A model generated the notes under the pieces. It worked only from the letters and a program-made list of their open reading frames with translations. It was not told the origin of the DNA and ran no database searches. The position numbers and the translations under genes were made by a program. From the NCBI GenBank assembly GCA_050331235.1, contig JBHJHA010000106.1, forward strand, positions 1-25,229: 25,229 nucleotides of DNA, in the 5' to 3' direction. Positions 1-8,699 of the stretch are shown one piece after another (position 1 is the stretch's first letter; every line of letters begins with the position of its first letter). Source of the DNA: Leptolyngbyaceae cyanobacterium (lineage in GTDB: Bacteria; Cyanobacteriota; Cyanobacteriia; Phormidesmidales; Phormidesmidaceae).

Positions 1-178
1 TGTCTACGGGAGGTGCGGCCACAAACGCGATGACGAAGCACGCAGTCGCTGCCAGAAGGGTAGGAATCATCAACACGCCGAACCAACCCACATACAGGCG
101 GTTCTCGGTGCTGGTTACCCAACGGCAAAACTGTTCCCACAAGCTGGCGCTGCTGCGCTGCTGGAGAGTAGTTGTCAT
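1..178 (-). CDS. psbA: Photosystem II reaction centre protein D1 (5' part only, truncated at window start)
   Basis: Not in the ORF track. Manual translation from ATG at 178 gives [59 protein letters not shown], the canonical D1 N-terminus. AAGGA Shine-Dalgarno at about 190-194. Confidence 0.98.
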   Translation of the reverse strand, partial: MTTTLQQRSSASLWEQFCRWVTSTENRLYVGWFGVLMIPTLLAATACFVIAFVAAPPVD

Positions 179-251
179 GATGAAATAATTCCTTTTTCAA
201 GGTGTTATGTACAAACAGAAGTTCAAAAATTTGTGAACATCTGTGTTAGTT

Positions 252-280
252 ATATTAACGAGAGTGCTGAGTTTTGTAAA
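252..280 (-). promoter_or_regulatory. Sigma70-type psbA promoter (-35 TTTACA, 17 nt, -10 TAATAT)
   Basis: Minus strand reads TTTACA-aaactcagcactctcgt-TAATAT, about 70 nt upstream of the psbA ATG. TTTACA is the -35 element typical of cyanobacterial psbA promoters. Confidence 0.8.
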
Positions 281-495
281 GCGCCCTCATCTAAAGCTGG
301 TATTAAGAATATGTGGTGGTAATACCTTGAAATCCATGCTGTGTATGAGAAACAGCAGAATGCTTTGAGAGAATGCAACCTGTAGGGAGTCATCATAAAA
401 CCATCCTCTGGTAGAGAAAAAGTACATAGTTCAAAATGCTTTGGGGATAATTCCGTTACGTTCTTAAGAAAGCGGATTGCGATTACTCATCGACG

Positions 496-1512
496 ATGCC
501 AGTGTTTCTTTCTCCGTCTCCAATTTTGAAGATGACCGACTCGTCCAACTGCGTCACTTACAGTCCAGCACTCACGATTGTTCCTACCTACGAGTGCTTC
601 AATCGCTGTACCTACTGCAACTTTCGCGTTGACCCCTATCAAGACACTTGGCTATCCCTCGCGGATTTACGATCGCGGTTAGATACAGCGCGATCGCAAG
701 AGGTGATTGAGATTTTAGTGATGAGTGGAGAAGTGAATCCGCGCAGTCCTCGCCGTTCTGCCTGGTTTTCACAAATCTATCAAATTTGTGAAATAGCCTT
801 AGAGCAAGGATTTTTGCCCCATACAAATGTCGGACTACTCAGCGTCGCCGAAATGGCTGAGCTCAAAAAGGTCAATGTCTCCATGGGCTTGATGCTGGAG
901 CAACTAACGCCGGCCTTACAACAGGGGGTACATCGGCATGCTCCCAGTAAGCATCCTGAACTGCGGTTAGCCCAGCTAGAACAGGCTGGACGCTTGGGTC
1001 TTCCCTTTACGACTGGGCTGCTATTAGGAATTGGGGAAACACCGTGGGATCGGCTAGCGACGTTGGAGGCGATCGCCCAATGCCATAAAAGCTGGGGTCA
1101 CATACAAGAAGTCATCTTGCAACCCCATCAGCCAGGGGCATCCCAAGTTGAAGGGAGACACCCTTTTGACTCACAGATGCTGATAGATTTTGTGCAAGTC
1201 GCAAGGCAGGTTTTACCTGCGGACATTACGTTACAAATTCCGCCTAACCTGGTGGCTGATGAAGCGTCATTGTTAGCAGCGATCGCCTCTGGAGCTCGAG
1301 ATCTGGGTGGCTTAGGACCACTCGATGAAGTTTTCCCTGATTTTGCACACCCTCACCCTGCCCAATTAAGAACTGTATTAAACAAGGCGGGTTGGCAGCT
1401 ACAGCCCCGGTTACCCCTTTATCCTCATTACGATGACTGGCTAGATCCATCGCTGCTGGTGGCTGTTGAGCTCTGGCGAAATCGTTTAAACAGTGCGGTC
1501 ATCAGCACTTGA
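496..1512 (+). CDS. cofG: 7,8-didemethyl-8-hydroxy-5-deazariboflavin (FO) synthase subunit CofG, radical SAM
   Basis: VTYSP..TIVPTYECFNRCTYCNFR (CxxxCxxC), PHTNVG, SMGLMLE, FTTGLLLGIGET, GHIQEVILQP, QIPPNL. The true start may be the ATG at 532. Confidence 0.93.
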   Translation: MPVFLSPSPILKMTDSSNCVTYSPALTIVPTYECFNRCTYCNFRVDPYQDTWLSLADLRSRLDTARSQEVIEILVMSGEVNPRSPRRSAWFSQIYQICEIALEQGFLPHTNVGLLSVAEMAELKKVNVSMGLMLEQLTPALQQGVHRHAPSKHPELRLAQLEQAGRLGLPFTTGLLLGIGETPWDRLATLEAIAQCHKSWGHIQEVILQPHQPGASQVEGRHPFDSQMLIDFVQVARQVLPADITLQIPPNLVADEASLLAAIASGARDLGGLGPLDEVFPDFAHPHPAQLRTVLNKAGWQLQPRLPLYPHYDDWLDPSLLVAVELWRNRLNSAVIST

Positions 1513-1559
1513 GCCCTGGATTCCTCTCGGTCTCCCGGGGGCGGGCAGTGAGTCTAGCG

Positions 1560-2309
1560 CTACAGTCCACTCAGTAAACTTAGGATTGCCCGGGGATTAT
1601 CCAGTTCACCGACTAGCTTGCGGACGGGGGGCGGGGACACTCGAATCAGCGTCGGAGTTGCTGTAATCTGATCGGTCTCGGCTTGCTCTGGCTGTTGAGA
1701 AACATCGATCATTTGCAGTGTGTAGGGATGATATCGAGAACTCTCGAGAACATGCTGTAGCGTTTTAAGAATTCGTTCCGTAAATGCTGACTGCCCGGAG
1801 ACAAATAGCCGTAAGACAACGCCGTTGCTATCTGAAGAAGGTGAGACATCTGCCTGGGCTAATTCGACGGCATGATGGTTAGATAAATCGATGACTAGGT
1901 TGTGTGTTTCCCACAGCTGAGGAAACCGTGAGCGATAGGTCTCCAGCATTGTTAGATTCAAATCACTGGCTGAAGGCTGAAGACGGGTCCACTCCAAATT
2001 GCCAAGCTCAAACACTGCGTTGAGTAAGCCCTGGTAGTGGTAGACAAACGGATAGGCTTCGGCGGCAATGTGTTGGGTAGATGTAGAAGTGTGATGCCAG
2101 CAGTCGACAGTTGCGGTGAAAGCTGGCACCAAGAAATGAGGAGATTCTGGGAGTCCTAGATGTTCTTGTAGAGCACCGCATAATGTTAAATGCCACTGCG
2201 CTCTCTTCTTATAATCACGGCAAAAAACCAAATCCCCCCCTGGCGTAAAGACGGCAATGCCTTTAAACGTTGGGAGGGAATTGGCATTAGCGTTAGTCAG
2301 CCGGGGCAC
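1560..2309 (-). CDS. KaiB-domain protein (uncharacterised N-terminal domain plus C-terminal KaiB/thioredoxin-like domain)
   Basis: C-terminus VLRLFVSG...YTLQMIDVSQQPEQAETDQITATPTLIRVSPPPVRKLVGEL is KaiB-like. N-terminus FKGIAVFTPGGDL. The ORF-track start at 2402 overlaps pilT, so the GTG at 2309 just after the pilT stop is preferred. Confidence 0.85.
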   Translation of the reverse strand: MPRLTNANANSLPTFKGIAVFTPGGDLVFCRDYKKRAQWHLTLCGALQEHLGLPESPHFLVPAFTATVDCWHHTSTSTQHIAAEAYPFVYHYQGLLNAVFELGNLEWTRLQPSASDLNLTMLETYRSRFPQLWETHNLVIDLSNHHAVELAQADVSPSSDSNGVVLRLFVSGQSAFTERILKTLQHVLESSRYHPYTLQMIDVSQQPEQAETDQITATPTLIRVSPPPVRKLVGELDNPRAILSLLSGL

Positions 2310-2313
2310 TTGC

Positions 2314-3534
2314 CTAGACACGTCCTCTAAGCATTTGCGCCATCTCATTTTGCCGAGGAGACATCTCCAGAGCTGTCTCCTCAGTGATCCGACCGGCTTC
2401 ATACAAGGCGTATAACGATTGGTTCATAGTGCACATGCCATCGAAACCGCACTTAGGTATCAGGGCCTCAATCTCGTCCAGATCGCCGCGCATGATGTAA
2501 TCTTTGATGGCGTCGGTGTTGATCATGATGTCATGAAAGGCTGCCCGTTTGCCGTCCGTTGTACGGCACAGGCCTTGAGCGACCACGGCCACAAGGGACT
2601 CAGCAAGGGAAATCCGAACGGGGGTTTGTTGATCCGGCTCGTACAGATTCAAAATCCGTTCAACCGTCTTCACTGCACTATTTGTGTGTAAGGTCCCCAT
2701 TACTAGGTGGCCAGTTTGAGCGGCCTTGAGCGCCGTATTAACGGTTTCTTTGTCCCGCATTTCACCAACCAGAATAATGTCTGGGTCTTCTCTTAAAGAG
2801 GCTTTTAAAGCATTTCTGAATTCCAGGGTATGGCGGCCAACTTCTCGGTGCTTAATCAGAGAGCGACGACTCTGGTGTACAAATTCAATCGGATCCTCAA
2901 TGGTGATGATGTTCTTCGGCATCTCCTTGTTGATGTAATCCAACATGGCTGCCATCGTGGTCGACTTACCTGAACCGGTCGGACCTGTGACGAGCACTAA
3001 GCCTTTGTGATAATGACAAATGTCGCGAAGAACGCTGGGCAGATTGAGCTGCTCCATGGTCAAAATCTTATTGGGAATTAGACGGATAACCATTGCAGGG
3101 CCCGTCAGTGAGTCAAAGATATTGATCCGGATCCGTGAAAACTCAAACTGGCCGGCTCCATCAAAGTCAAGAGTCTGCTTAAATTGCTGAACTTCCTCTG
3201 GCTTGAGGACTTCTGTAAGCCAGCCATAAAAGATGGGCTCGTCAATGACGGGGTAATCGGTGGTTGTGATTTGACCGCGATCGCGGAATCGAGGCACTTC
3301 GCCAACGCCTAAATGAATGTCGGAAAACCCTTTATCAAAGGCTTCACGGGCAATTTTTTCAAGGGTCAGGGAGGGCTTAGCGGCAGCCGCGGGGGGTGGG
3401 GGAGCGCTCCGCCCTGGGATCGGCTGTTTCGGAGGAGCGGCGGGGGGCCTACCAGTTGCTGCAGGTCTTCCGGGTGGTGGTGGCGGCGGCATCCGGGAGG
3501 GAACCGCAGGCGGGCGTTGAGATTCGGCAGACAT
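2314..3534 (-). CDS. pilT: Type IV pilus retraction ATPase, PilT2-type (Pro-rich N-terminus)
   Basis: SDIHL, Walker A GPTGSGKST, Asp box ITIEDPIE, Walker B LREDPDIILVGEMRD, His box TGHLVMGTLHT. The roughly 55 aa Pro-rich N-terminal extension is typical of cyanobacterial PilT2. Confidence 0.93.
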   Translation of the reverse strand: MSAESQRPPAVPSRMPPPPPPGRPAATGRPPAAPPKQPIPGRSAPPPPAAAAKPSLTLEKIAREAFDKGFSDIHLGVGEVPRFRDRGQITTTDYPVIDEPIFYGWLTEVLKPEEVQQFKQTLDFDGAGQFEFSRIRINIFDSLTGPAMVIRLIPNKILTMEQLNLPSVLRDICHYHKGLVLVTGPTGSGKSTTMAAMLDYINKEMPKNIITIEDPIEFVHQSRRSLIKHREVGRHTLEFRNALKASLREDPDIILVGEMRDKETVNTALKAAQTGHLVMGTLHTNSAVKTVERILNLYEPDQQTPVRISLAESLVAVVAQGLCRTTDGKRAAFHDIMINTDAIKDYIMRGDLDEIEALIPKCGFDGMCTMNQSLYALYEAGRITEETALEMSPRQNEMAQMLRGRV

Positions 3535-3727
3535 AGGACGCTTTCCGTGGGTTTACAAAGGAAGTCACGCGGGCATTGCAAACAGCGTCGCAGATACCCT
3601 GAAATAATTGTTCTCTAGCTTTCCCAATTGAGGGCCTTGATTTTCGCCCCAATTCTAGTCTTTGAGTCAATGGACCATCAATGCACCATACTTTTTGTCA
3701 TTGACCGATCCATGGCTATTTTGGCTG

Positions 3728-3736
3728 TGATATACT
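3728..3736 (+). promoter_or_regulatory. Extended -10 promoter of rpsB-tsf (TGnTATACT)
   Basis: TGaTATACT lies about 20 nt upstream of the structured leader and about 100 nt upstream of the rpsB ATG. Confidence 0.65.
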
Positions 3737-3755
3737 CGTAAAGTTGTCAAAAATC

Positions 3756-3825
3756 GCACACCTGGGCTTTTGGGTGTCTTTAGTTTAATTAAAGACTGCC
3801 AGGTGGAGGTTAAACCCGAAAGGAG
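3756..3825 (+). promoter_or_regulatory. rpsB 5' leader (S2 autogenous-control RNA, t44/rpsB-leader-like)
   Basis: Outer stem CACCTGG (3759-3765)/CCAGGTG (3799-3805) and inner hairpin GTCTTTA/TAAAGAC. Contains the GCACAC, GGGTG and TGGAGG motifs seen in S2 leaders, followed by an AAGGAG Shine-Dalgarno. Confidence 0.7.
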
Positions 3826-3834
3826 TACAATTCA

Positions 3835-4623
3835 ATGCCTGTTGTTTCCCTACCCCAACTGTTAGAGTCCGGGGTTCACTTTGGTCACCAAACTCGACGT
3901 TGGAATCCGAAGATGTCACCGTACATCTTTACGTCGCGAAATGGTGTACACATCATCGACCTAGTGCAAACTGCACAGCTCATGGATGAGGCCTTTGCCT
4001 ACGTTCGTGGTGCTGCAGCCCAAGGTCAGAAATTTTTGTTTATTGGAACAAAGCGTCAGTCAGCGGGCATCATTGCTCAGGAGGCTAGTCGCTGTGGCGC
4101 TAATTATGTTAACCAGCGCTGGTTGGGGGGCATGTTGACCAACTGGGAAACTATCAAAACCCGTTGCGATCGCCTCAAAGAACTGGAAAAAATGCAGGAA
4201 ACTGGCGCATTGGCGCTGCGGCCTAAAAAAGAAGCTGCTGTGCTGCGTCGCGAGTTGGAGAAGCTGCAAAAGTACCTAGGCGGACTCAAGACAATGCGTC
4301 GACCCCCTGATGTGGCGCTCATCATTGACACCCGGCGAGAATACAACGCTGTGCAGGAATGCAAAAAGCTGGATATTCCCATTGTGTCGCTGCTAGATAC
4401 GAATTGTGATCCAGACGACGTGGATATTCCGATTCCTGCTAACGATGATGCCATTCGCTCCATTAAGCTTATTGTGGGTCGATTGGCGGATGCTATTTAC
4501 GAAGGCTCCCACGGAAGAGTCGATTCTGGTGAAATCTACGAAGACTATGACGGTGCTGAAGCGGATTTTGCTGATGAAGACGAGATTCCGTCTGCTGATA
4601 GTCAGGGTGACTCAGAAGAGTAA
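3835..4623 (+). CDS. rpsB: 30S ribosomal protein S2
   Basis: [56 protein letters not shown], acidic C-terminal tail. Confidence 0.99.
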   Translation: MPVVSLPQLLESGVHFGHQTRRWNPKMSPYIFTSRNGVHIIDLVQTAQLMDEAFAYVRGAAAQGQKFLFIGTKRQSAGIIAQEASRCGANYVNQRWLGGMLTNWETIKTRCDRLKELEKMQETGALALRPKKEAAVLRRELEKLQKYLGGLKTMRRPPDVALIIDTRREYNAVQECKKLDIPIVSLLDTNCDPDDVDIPIPANDDAIRSIKLIVGRLADAIYEGSHGRVDSGEIYEDYDGAEADFADEDEIPSADSQGDSEE

Positions 4624-4674
4624 CTCTGCGATCTCGCTAAAGACCGAAGCGACTTGAGAAGCAACGAGGAAAAT

Positions 4675-5337
4675 ATGGCAGATATTTCGGCAAAAATGGT
4701 GAAAGAACTGCGCGAGCAAACGGGCGCAGGCATGATGGATTGCAAAAAAGCGCTCACCGAGTCGGGCGGCGACCTAGAAAAAGCTGTCGAATGGCTCCGT
4801 CAGAAGGGGATTGCTTCTGCAGCTAAAAAAGAAGGTCGCGTGGCCGCTGAAGGACTAGTGCACAGCTATATCCACACGGGTGGTCGCGTAGGCGTACTGG
4901 TTGAAGTCAACTGTGAGACAGATTTTGTGGCTAAGGGTGATGAATTCAAGTCTTTGGCGCAAGATGTGGCGATGCAAATTGTGGCTTGCCCAAATGTCGA
5001 ATACGTTCGCGTTGACGATATCCCCGAAGAAATCATTTCAAAGGAAAAGGAAATTGAGATGGGGCGCGATGATCTGGCCAACAAGCCAGAAAACATTCGC
5101 GAAAAAATTGTTCAAGGGCTAATTGATAAGCGTTTGAAAGAGCTAGCTTTGTTGGATCAGCCATTCATCAAAGACCAAAATATAACAGTTGACGAGCTGA
5201 TCAAGAAGTTCGTTGCTCAACTGGGTGAAAATATCCAAGTTCGCCGGTTTGCTCGCTTCGTCTTGGGAGAGGGTATTGAGAAGAAAGAAGTTGATTTTGC
5301 GGCTGAGGTTGCTGCGCAGGTTGATGCTGCTAAGTAA
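4675..5337 (+). CDS. tsf: Translation elongation factor Ts (short cyanobacterial type)
   Basis: [19 protein letters not shown] and [10 protein letters not shown]. The ATG at 4675 has GAGGA upstream and is preferred over the TTG at 4654. Confidence 0.99.
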   Translation: MADISAKMVKELREQTGAGMMDCKKALTESGGDLEKAVEWLRQKGIASAAKKEGRVAAEGLVHSYIHTGGRVGVLVEVNCETDFVAKGDEFKSLAQDVAMQIVACPNVEYVRVDDIPEEIISKEKEIEMGRDDLANKPENIREKIVQGLIDKRLKELALLDQPFIKDQNITVDELIKKFVAQLGENIQVRRFARFVLGEGIEKKEVDFAAEVAAQVDAAK

Positions 5338-5377
5338 CTGAAGTTGTTCGCAATTCATCGTAGATTGGAGAGTTGAG

Positions 5378-5406
5378 AAGGCGGGCAAATTTGTCCCGCC
5401 TTTTTT
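5378..5406 (+). terminator. Rho-independent terminator of rpsB-tsf
   Basis: AAGGCGGG-caaatttgt-CCCGCCTT hairpin running into a T6 tract. Confidence 0.9.
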
Positions 5407-5618
5407 GATAACGGTAGAGTTGACATAGTGGTGAACACTTGATGCATAACTGTTTCAGCCTCGTTGCGCTTGGCTCGTGTAGCCTATGTGCTGGCTAGGA
5501 TAGTAATTTCTTGCAATCTTGATCCCTTTGTGTCAATGACTGAGCTGCTGTATCTGTTGCTATCGGCAAATCATGTCTAGTCGCTAGCTTTGCCCAATGA
5601 CATCATTTGAGATATCTC

Positions 5619-6689
5619 ATGGCTAGAAGCCTGGAGCAAATTAACACCGAGCTTGCCAAGCTAAGTGCTGCGACCGAAGAAATCGATCAGGAACTGAAGG
5701 ATCTCTATGGCGAGTATCTTGATGTGCTGAGTAAAGCAGTCAAGCGCCAATTGATCTTGGCGGCTTATCACCTATGCACACAAGCCTATCCGGATGAGTT
5801 CTTAACGCTCAAAGTAACGGCACGGGAACAGCTACAAAAGCAGCTGCGGCAAGCAGCCTCTCAAGGCGCTGAGCAGATTAAGCAGCTTGGTACAGTGACA
5901 AATTTGTCGGCGTTGACTTCACGTTTAGAGGCGGCAATTGAGTCTGCCGCGCAAGTGGAGTCAGAGGGGAGTGCCGCTGCGGATAACTTCAAAGATGTGG
6001 TTGACGAGTCGGCTAATCTGTCTGCTTCAGAGGATGCTGCCTTGCGGAAAGCAGGTGTTGAGGACGAGGATGAAGCTAGTCAACAAGAGATGGCTACGGC
6101 GGATGACTCGGAAACAGCCGATAGTTCGGAAGTAGCCTCGGCTATGCTGAAACGTCTCAGTACATCTTTGTCAATATTTTCGATCCTGGGGGCTGAGCCC
6201 AATACCCCTGTTAGCTTAGCGAAGCGCCACGTATTGTTGGAACGTCACTTGCGGGCTATCTTGCGGATGCTGTCGGGTTTGGTTAATCAGCTTTTGAAGC
6301 GGGTTGATATTTTGCCAGATTTACCGGAAATGGTGATTGCGGCCGCCGCAGATGAAGGCGAATCTGCTGGGCCGAGTATGCCCAACTTGCTGAACGTTTT
6401 AGTGGAAATTGGCGACCGCCCCGAGGATGATGATGACGATGACGACAGCGAGGATGCAGATCCTCTGGAGGATGACATTGTCGAGAGAGAAATGACCCAC
6501 TTAGTGGCGGTGAATCTCCGCTTGGCGGATATTGAATTTGCAGACCCCCATGCGGCGCTGTGGCGGGGACGACTGCAAGAAACCTTGCACAAGCTCAAAC
6601 AGTTGGGACGGCGCTATCAAAAGCTGCAGCAGGAAAAAGCCCGAGCTGAAGCTGAACATGCCTGGCGAGCTATCTGGTTTGAAGACTAG
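5619..6689 (+). CDS. Conserved cyanobacterial hypothetical protein (helical, acidic linkers)
   Basis: Long ORF with QLILAAYHLCTQAYPDEFL and a C-terminal AEAEHAWRAIW. I recall this type of gene following tsf in cyanobacteria. The ATG at 5619 is preferred. Confidence 0.8.
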   Translation: MARSLEQINTELAKLSAATEEIDQELKDLYGEYLDVLSKAVKRQLILAAYHLCTQAYPDEFLTLKVTAREQLQKQLRQAASQGAEQIKQLGTVTNLSALTSRLEAAIESAAQVESEGSAAADNFKDVVDESANLSASEDAALRKAGVEDEDEASQQEMATADDSETADSSEVASAMLKRLSTSLSIFSILGAEPNTPVSLAKRHVLLERHLRAILRMLSGLVNQLLKRVDILPDLPEMVIAAAADEGESAGPSMPNLLNVLVEIGDRPEDDDDDDDSEDADPLEDDIVEREMTHLVAVNLRLADIEFADPHAALWRGRLQETLHKLKQLGRRYQKLQQEKARAEAEHAWRAIWFED

Positions 6690-6755
6690 AGACCTAACGG
6701 CCTTGCCACGATTTAGTGGGAGCGATCGCTGCCGGAGCACTCGACGGGGAGAAGC

Positions 6756-7466
6756 GTGAATAGTTCGAGATCGCAGATTACGGTAGTCTTGGCGATGAGC
6801 GCCGACGGCAAAATTGCCGATTATCGGCGTACGGCGGCTCGGTTTTCCTCAACCAACGATTTGCAGCACTTAGAAGCTCAGGTAGCTCGGGCCGATGCAG
6901 TGTTGTTTGGTGCTGGGACCTTGCGAGCCTATGGCACCTGCCTCTCGGTGCGGCAGCCAGAGCTATTGGCTCAGCGCTCAGTAAGTCAACAGCCGCCGCA
7001 GCCAGTACAAATTGTGTGTTCACAGACGGGCAATCTGGCGACCAATCTTCGCTTTTTTCGGCAGTCGGTCCCGCGCTGGCTGTTGACATCGCCTACCGGT
7101 GCCGCTCATTGGCAGGGCCTTGAGGCTAAACGGGGAGACAGATCTCTCTTTCATCGTATTTTGCCAGAGCTGACCGCTACACCTGACTGGCAGCAGCTAC
7201 TAGGCCGGTTGAAGCAACTAGGACTGCATCGGATTGCCCTGCTGGGCGGAGGGACCCTCGTCGCCTCATTAGCTGAGCAAGGTGTCATTGACGAACTATA
7301 TCTGACCATTTGTCCGCTGCTAGTTGGAGGCAGTCAGTCGCCGACACCCTTTGATGGTCAAGGTCTATCCGTGACGGCGGCTGTGCCATTGCGATTAGTT
7401 GACGTGGTGACCCAGGGAGATGAAGTGTTTTTACACTATCGTCGCTGCCATCACAGCGGGGATTGA
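6756..7466 (+). CDS. RibD C-terminal (pyrimidine reductase/DHFR-fold) domain protein
   Basis: LAMSADGKI, DAVLFGAGTLR, LLGGGTL, IDELYLTICPLLVGG. No deaminase domain. Confidence 0.88.
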   Translation: MNSSRSQITVVLAMSADGKIADYRRTAARFSSTNDLQHLEAQVARADAVLFGAGTLRAYGTCLSVRQPELLAQRSVSQQPPQPVQIVCSQTGNLATNLRFFRQSVPRWLLTSPTGAAHWQGLEAKRGDRSLFHRILPELTATPDWQQLLGRLKQLGLHRIALLGGGTLVASLAEQGVIDELYLTICPLLVGGSQSPTPFDGQGLSVTAAVPLRLVDVVTQGDEVFLHYRRCHHSGD

Positions 7467-7516
7467 ATTAGGCTAAGGGAAGTTTTGCGATCGCCCCTCT
7501 GTCGTGCTCAATATTT

Positions 7517-8692
7517 ATGGTTCAACAGGCACAGCCCCAATACACCCTCACATGGATTCGCCAGCTCCGCGAAATCCCTCAAGCTGCTTGGGATGAAATG
7601 GCCCTTCCTTTGCAAACGCCCTTCTTAGAGTGGGACTGGCTGAACAACATGGAGCGCTCTGGCAGTGTTGTGGCCAATGCCGGCTGGTTGCCCAATCATT
7701 TGGTGGTGTGGCGCGATCGCACCTTAGTCGCTGCGGCACCGCTCTATCTCAAAAGCCATAGCTATGGCGAATTCGTGTTTGACCATCAGTGGGCCGAGTT
7801 AGCCCAGCGACTGGGGGTGGAATACTATCCCAAGCTATTGGGGATGTCGCCCTTTACCCCAGCCGAAGGCTATCGATTTTTGATTGCTCCGGGTGAAGAT
7901 GAAAGGCTAGTCACAGAAATGATGGTGGCTGCCATTGATCAGTTTTGCGATCGCAATAATATTTCCGGCTGCCACTTTCTCTATGCCGATCCTGATTGGC
8001 GATCGCTGATGGAAGACATCGGCTTTAAGAAGTGGCTCCACCACAGTTACGTGTGGCAGAACGAAAGCTATCAGACCTTTGAGGATTATCTTGGGCGGTT
8101 TAACGCGAATCAACGTCGCAACATTAAACGCGAGCGAAAATCCTTGGATAAGGCTGGCTTACGGCTTGAACCTATGACAACAGAGCAGCTCAGTCGCTCA
8201 CTGTGCTCTCAAATGTATGACTTTTACGCGGATACGTGCGACAAGTTTGGCTGGTGGGGCAGCAAGTATCTGACCCGCAAATTTTTTGAACAGCTTTATC
8301 CTGACTATGCCCATCGGTTGGTCCTGTTTGCCGCTTACAGCGATGATTTGGCTGATCCCGTGGGCATGTCCTTTTGTTTGTATAAGGGCGATCGCCTTTA
8401 TGGTCGCTACTGGGGCTGCCGAGAAGAATACAACAACCTACACTTCAATGCTTGTTACTATCGCCCCATTGAGTGGGCCATTGGTCAGGGTATCACGTTA
8501 TTTGACCCCGGTGCGGGTGGGCGCCATAAGAAACGGCGGGGCTTTCCAGCGCGGCCCAATTACAGCTTGCACCGATTTTACGCGCCTCGTTTGCAGGCTG
8601 TGCTCGACAATTATATCGACGATATCAACGTGGCGGAACAGCGCGAAATTGATGCGGTGAATGCCGATCTGCCTCTCAAAGAGCTGACGTAG
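7517..8692 (+). CDS. GNAT-fold FemAB-like protein (DUF482 family)
   Basis: APLYLKSHSYGEFVFDHQWA, YYPKL, PFTP, LYGRYWG, LHFNACYY, FDPGAGGRHKKRRGF. Confidence 0.9.
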   Translation: MVQQAQPQYTLTWIRQLREIPQAAWDEMALPLQTPFLEWDWLNNMERSGSVVANAGWLPNHLVVWRDRTLVAAAPLYLKSHSYGEFVFDHQWAELAQRLGVEYYPKLLGMSPFTPAEGYRFLIAPGEDERLVTEMMVAAIDQFCDRNNISGCHFLYADPDWRSLMEDIGFKKWLHHSYVWQNESYQTFEDYLGRFNANQRRNIKRERKSLDKAGLRLEPMTTEQLSRSLCSQMYDFYADTCDKFGWWGSKYLTRKFFEQLYPDYAHRLVLFAAYSDDLADPVGMSFCLYKGDRLYGRYWGCREEYNNLHFNACYYRPIEWAIGQGITLFDPGAGGRHKKRRGFPARPNYSLHRFYAPRLQAVLDNYIDDINVAEQREIDAVNADLPLKELT

Positions 8693-8699
8693 ACTGCGG

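Noticed and set aside
1..178. Atypical D1 isoform (rogue, far-red or high-light form)
   Set aside because: The visible N-terminus is standard, and the diagnostic residues (e.g. position 130, Mn ligands) lie outside the window.
2310..2402. ORF-track N-terminal extension of the KaiB-domain protein
   Set aside because: It overlaps the conserved pilT C-terminus in another frame. The GTG at 2309 is more parsimonious.
5116..5124. EF-Ts GLI where GRI is expected
   Set aside because: A single-nucleotide difference (CTA vs CGA) that cannot be told from polymorphism or error without reads.
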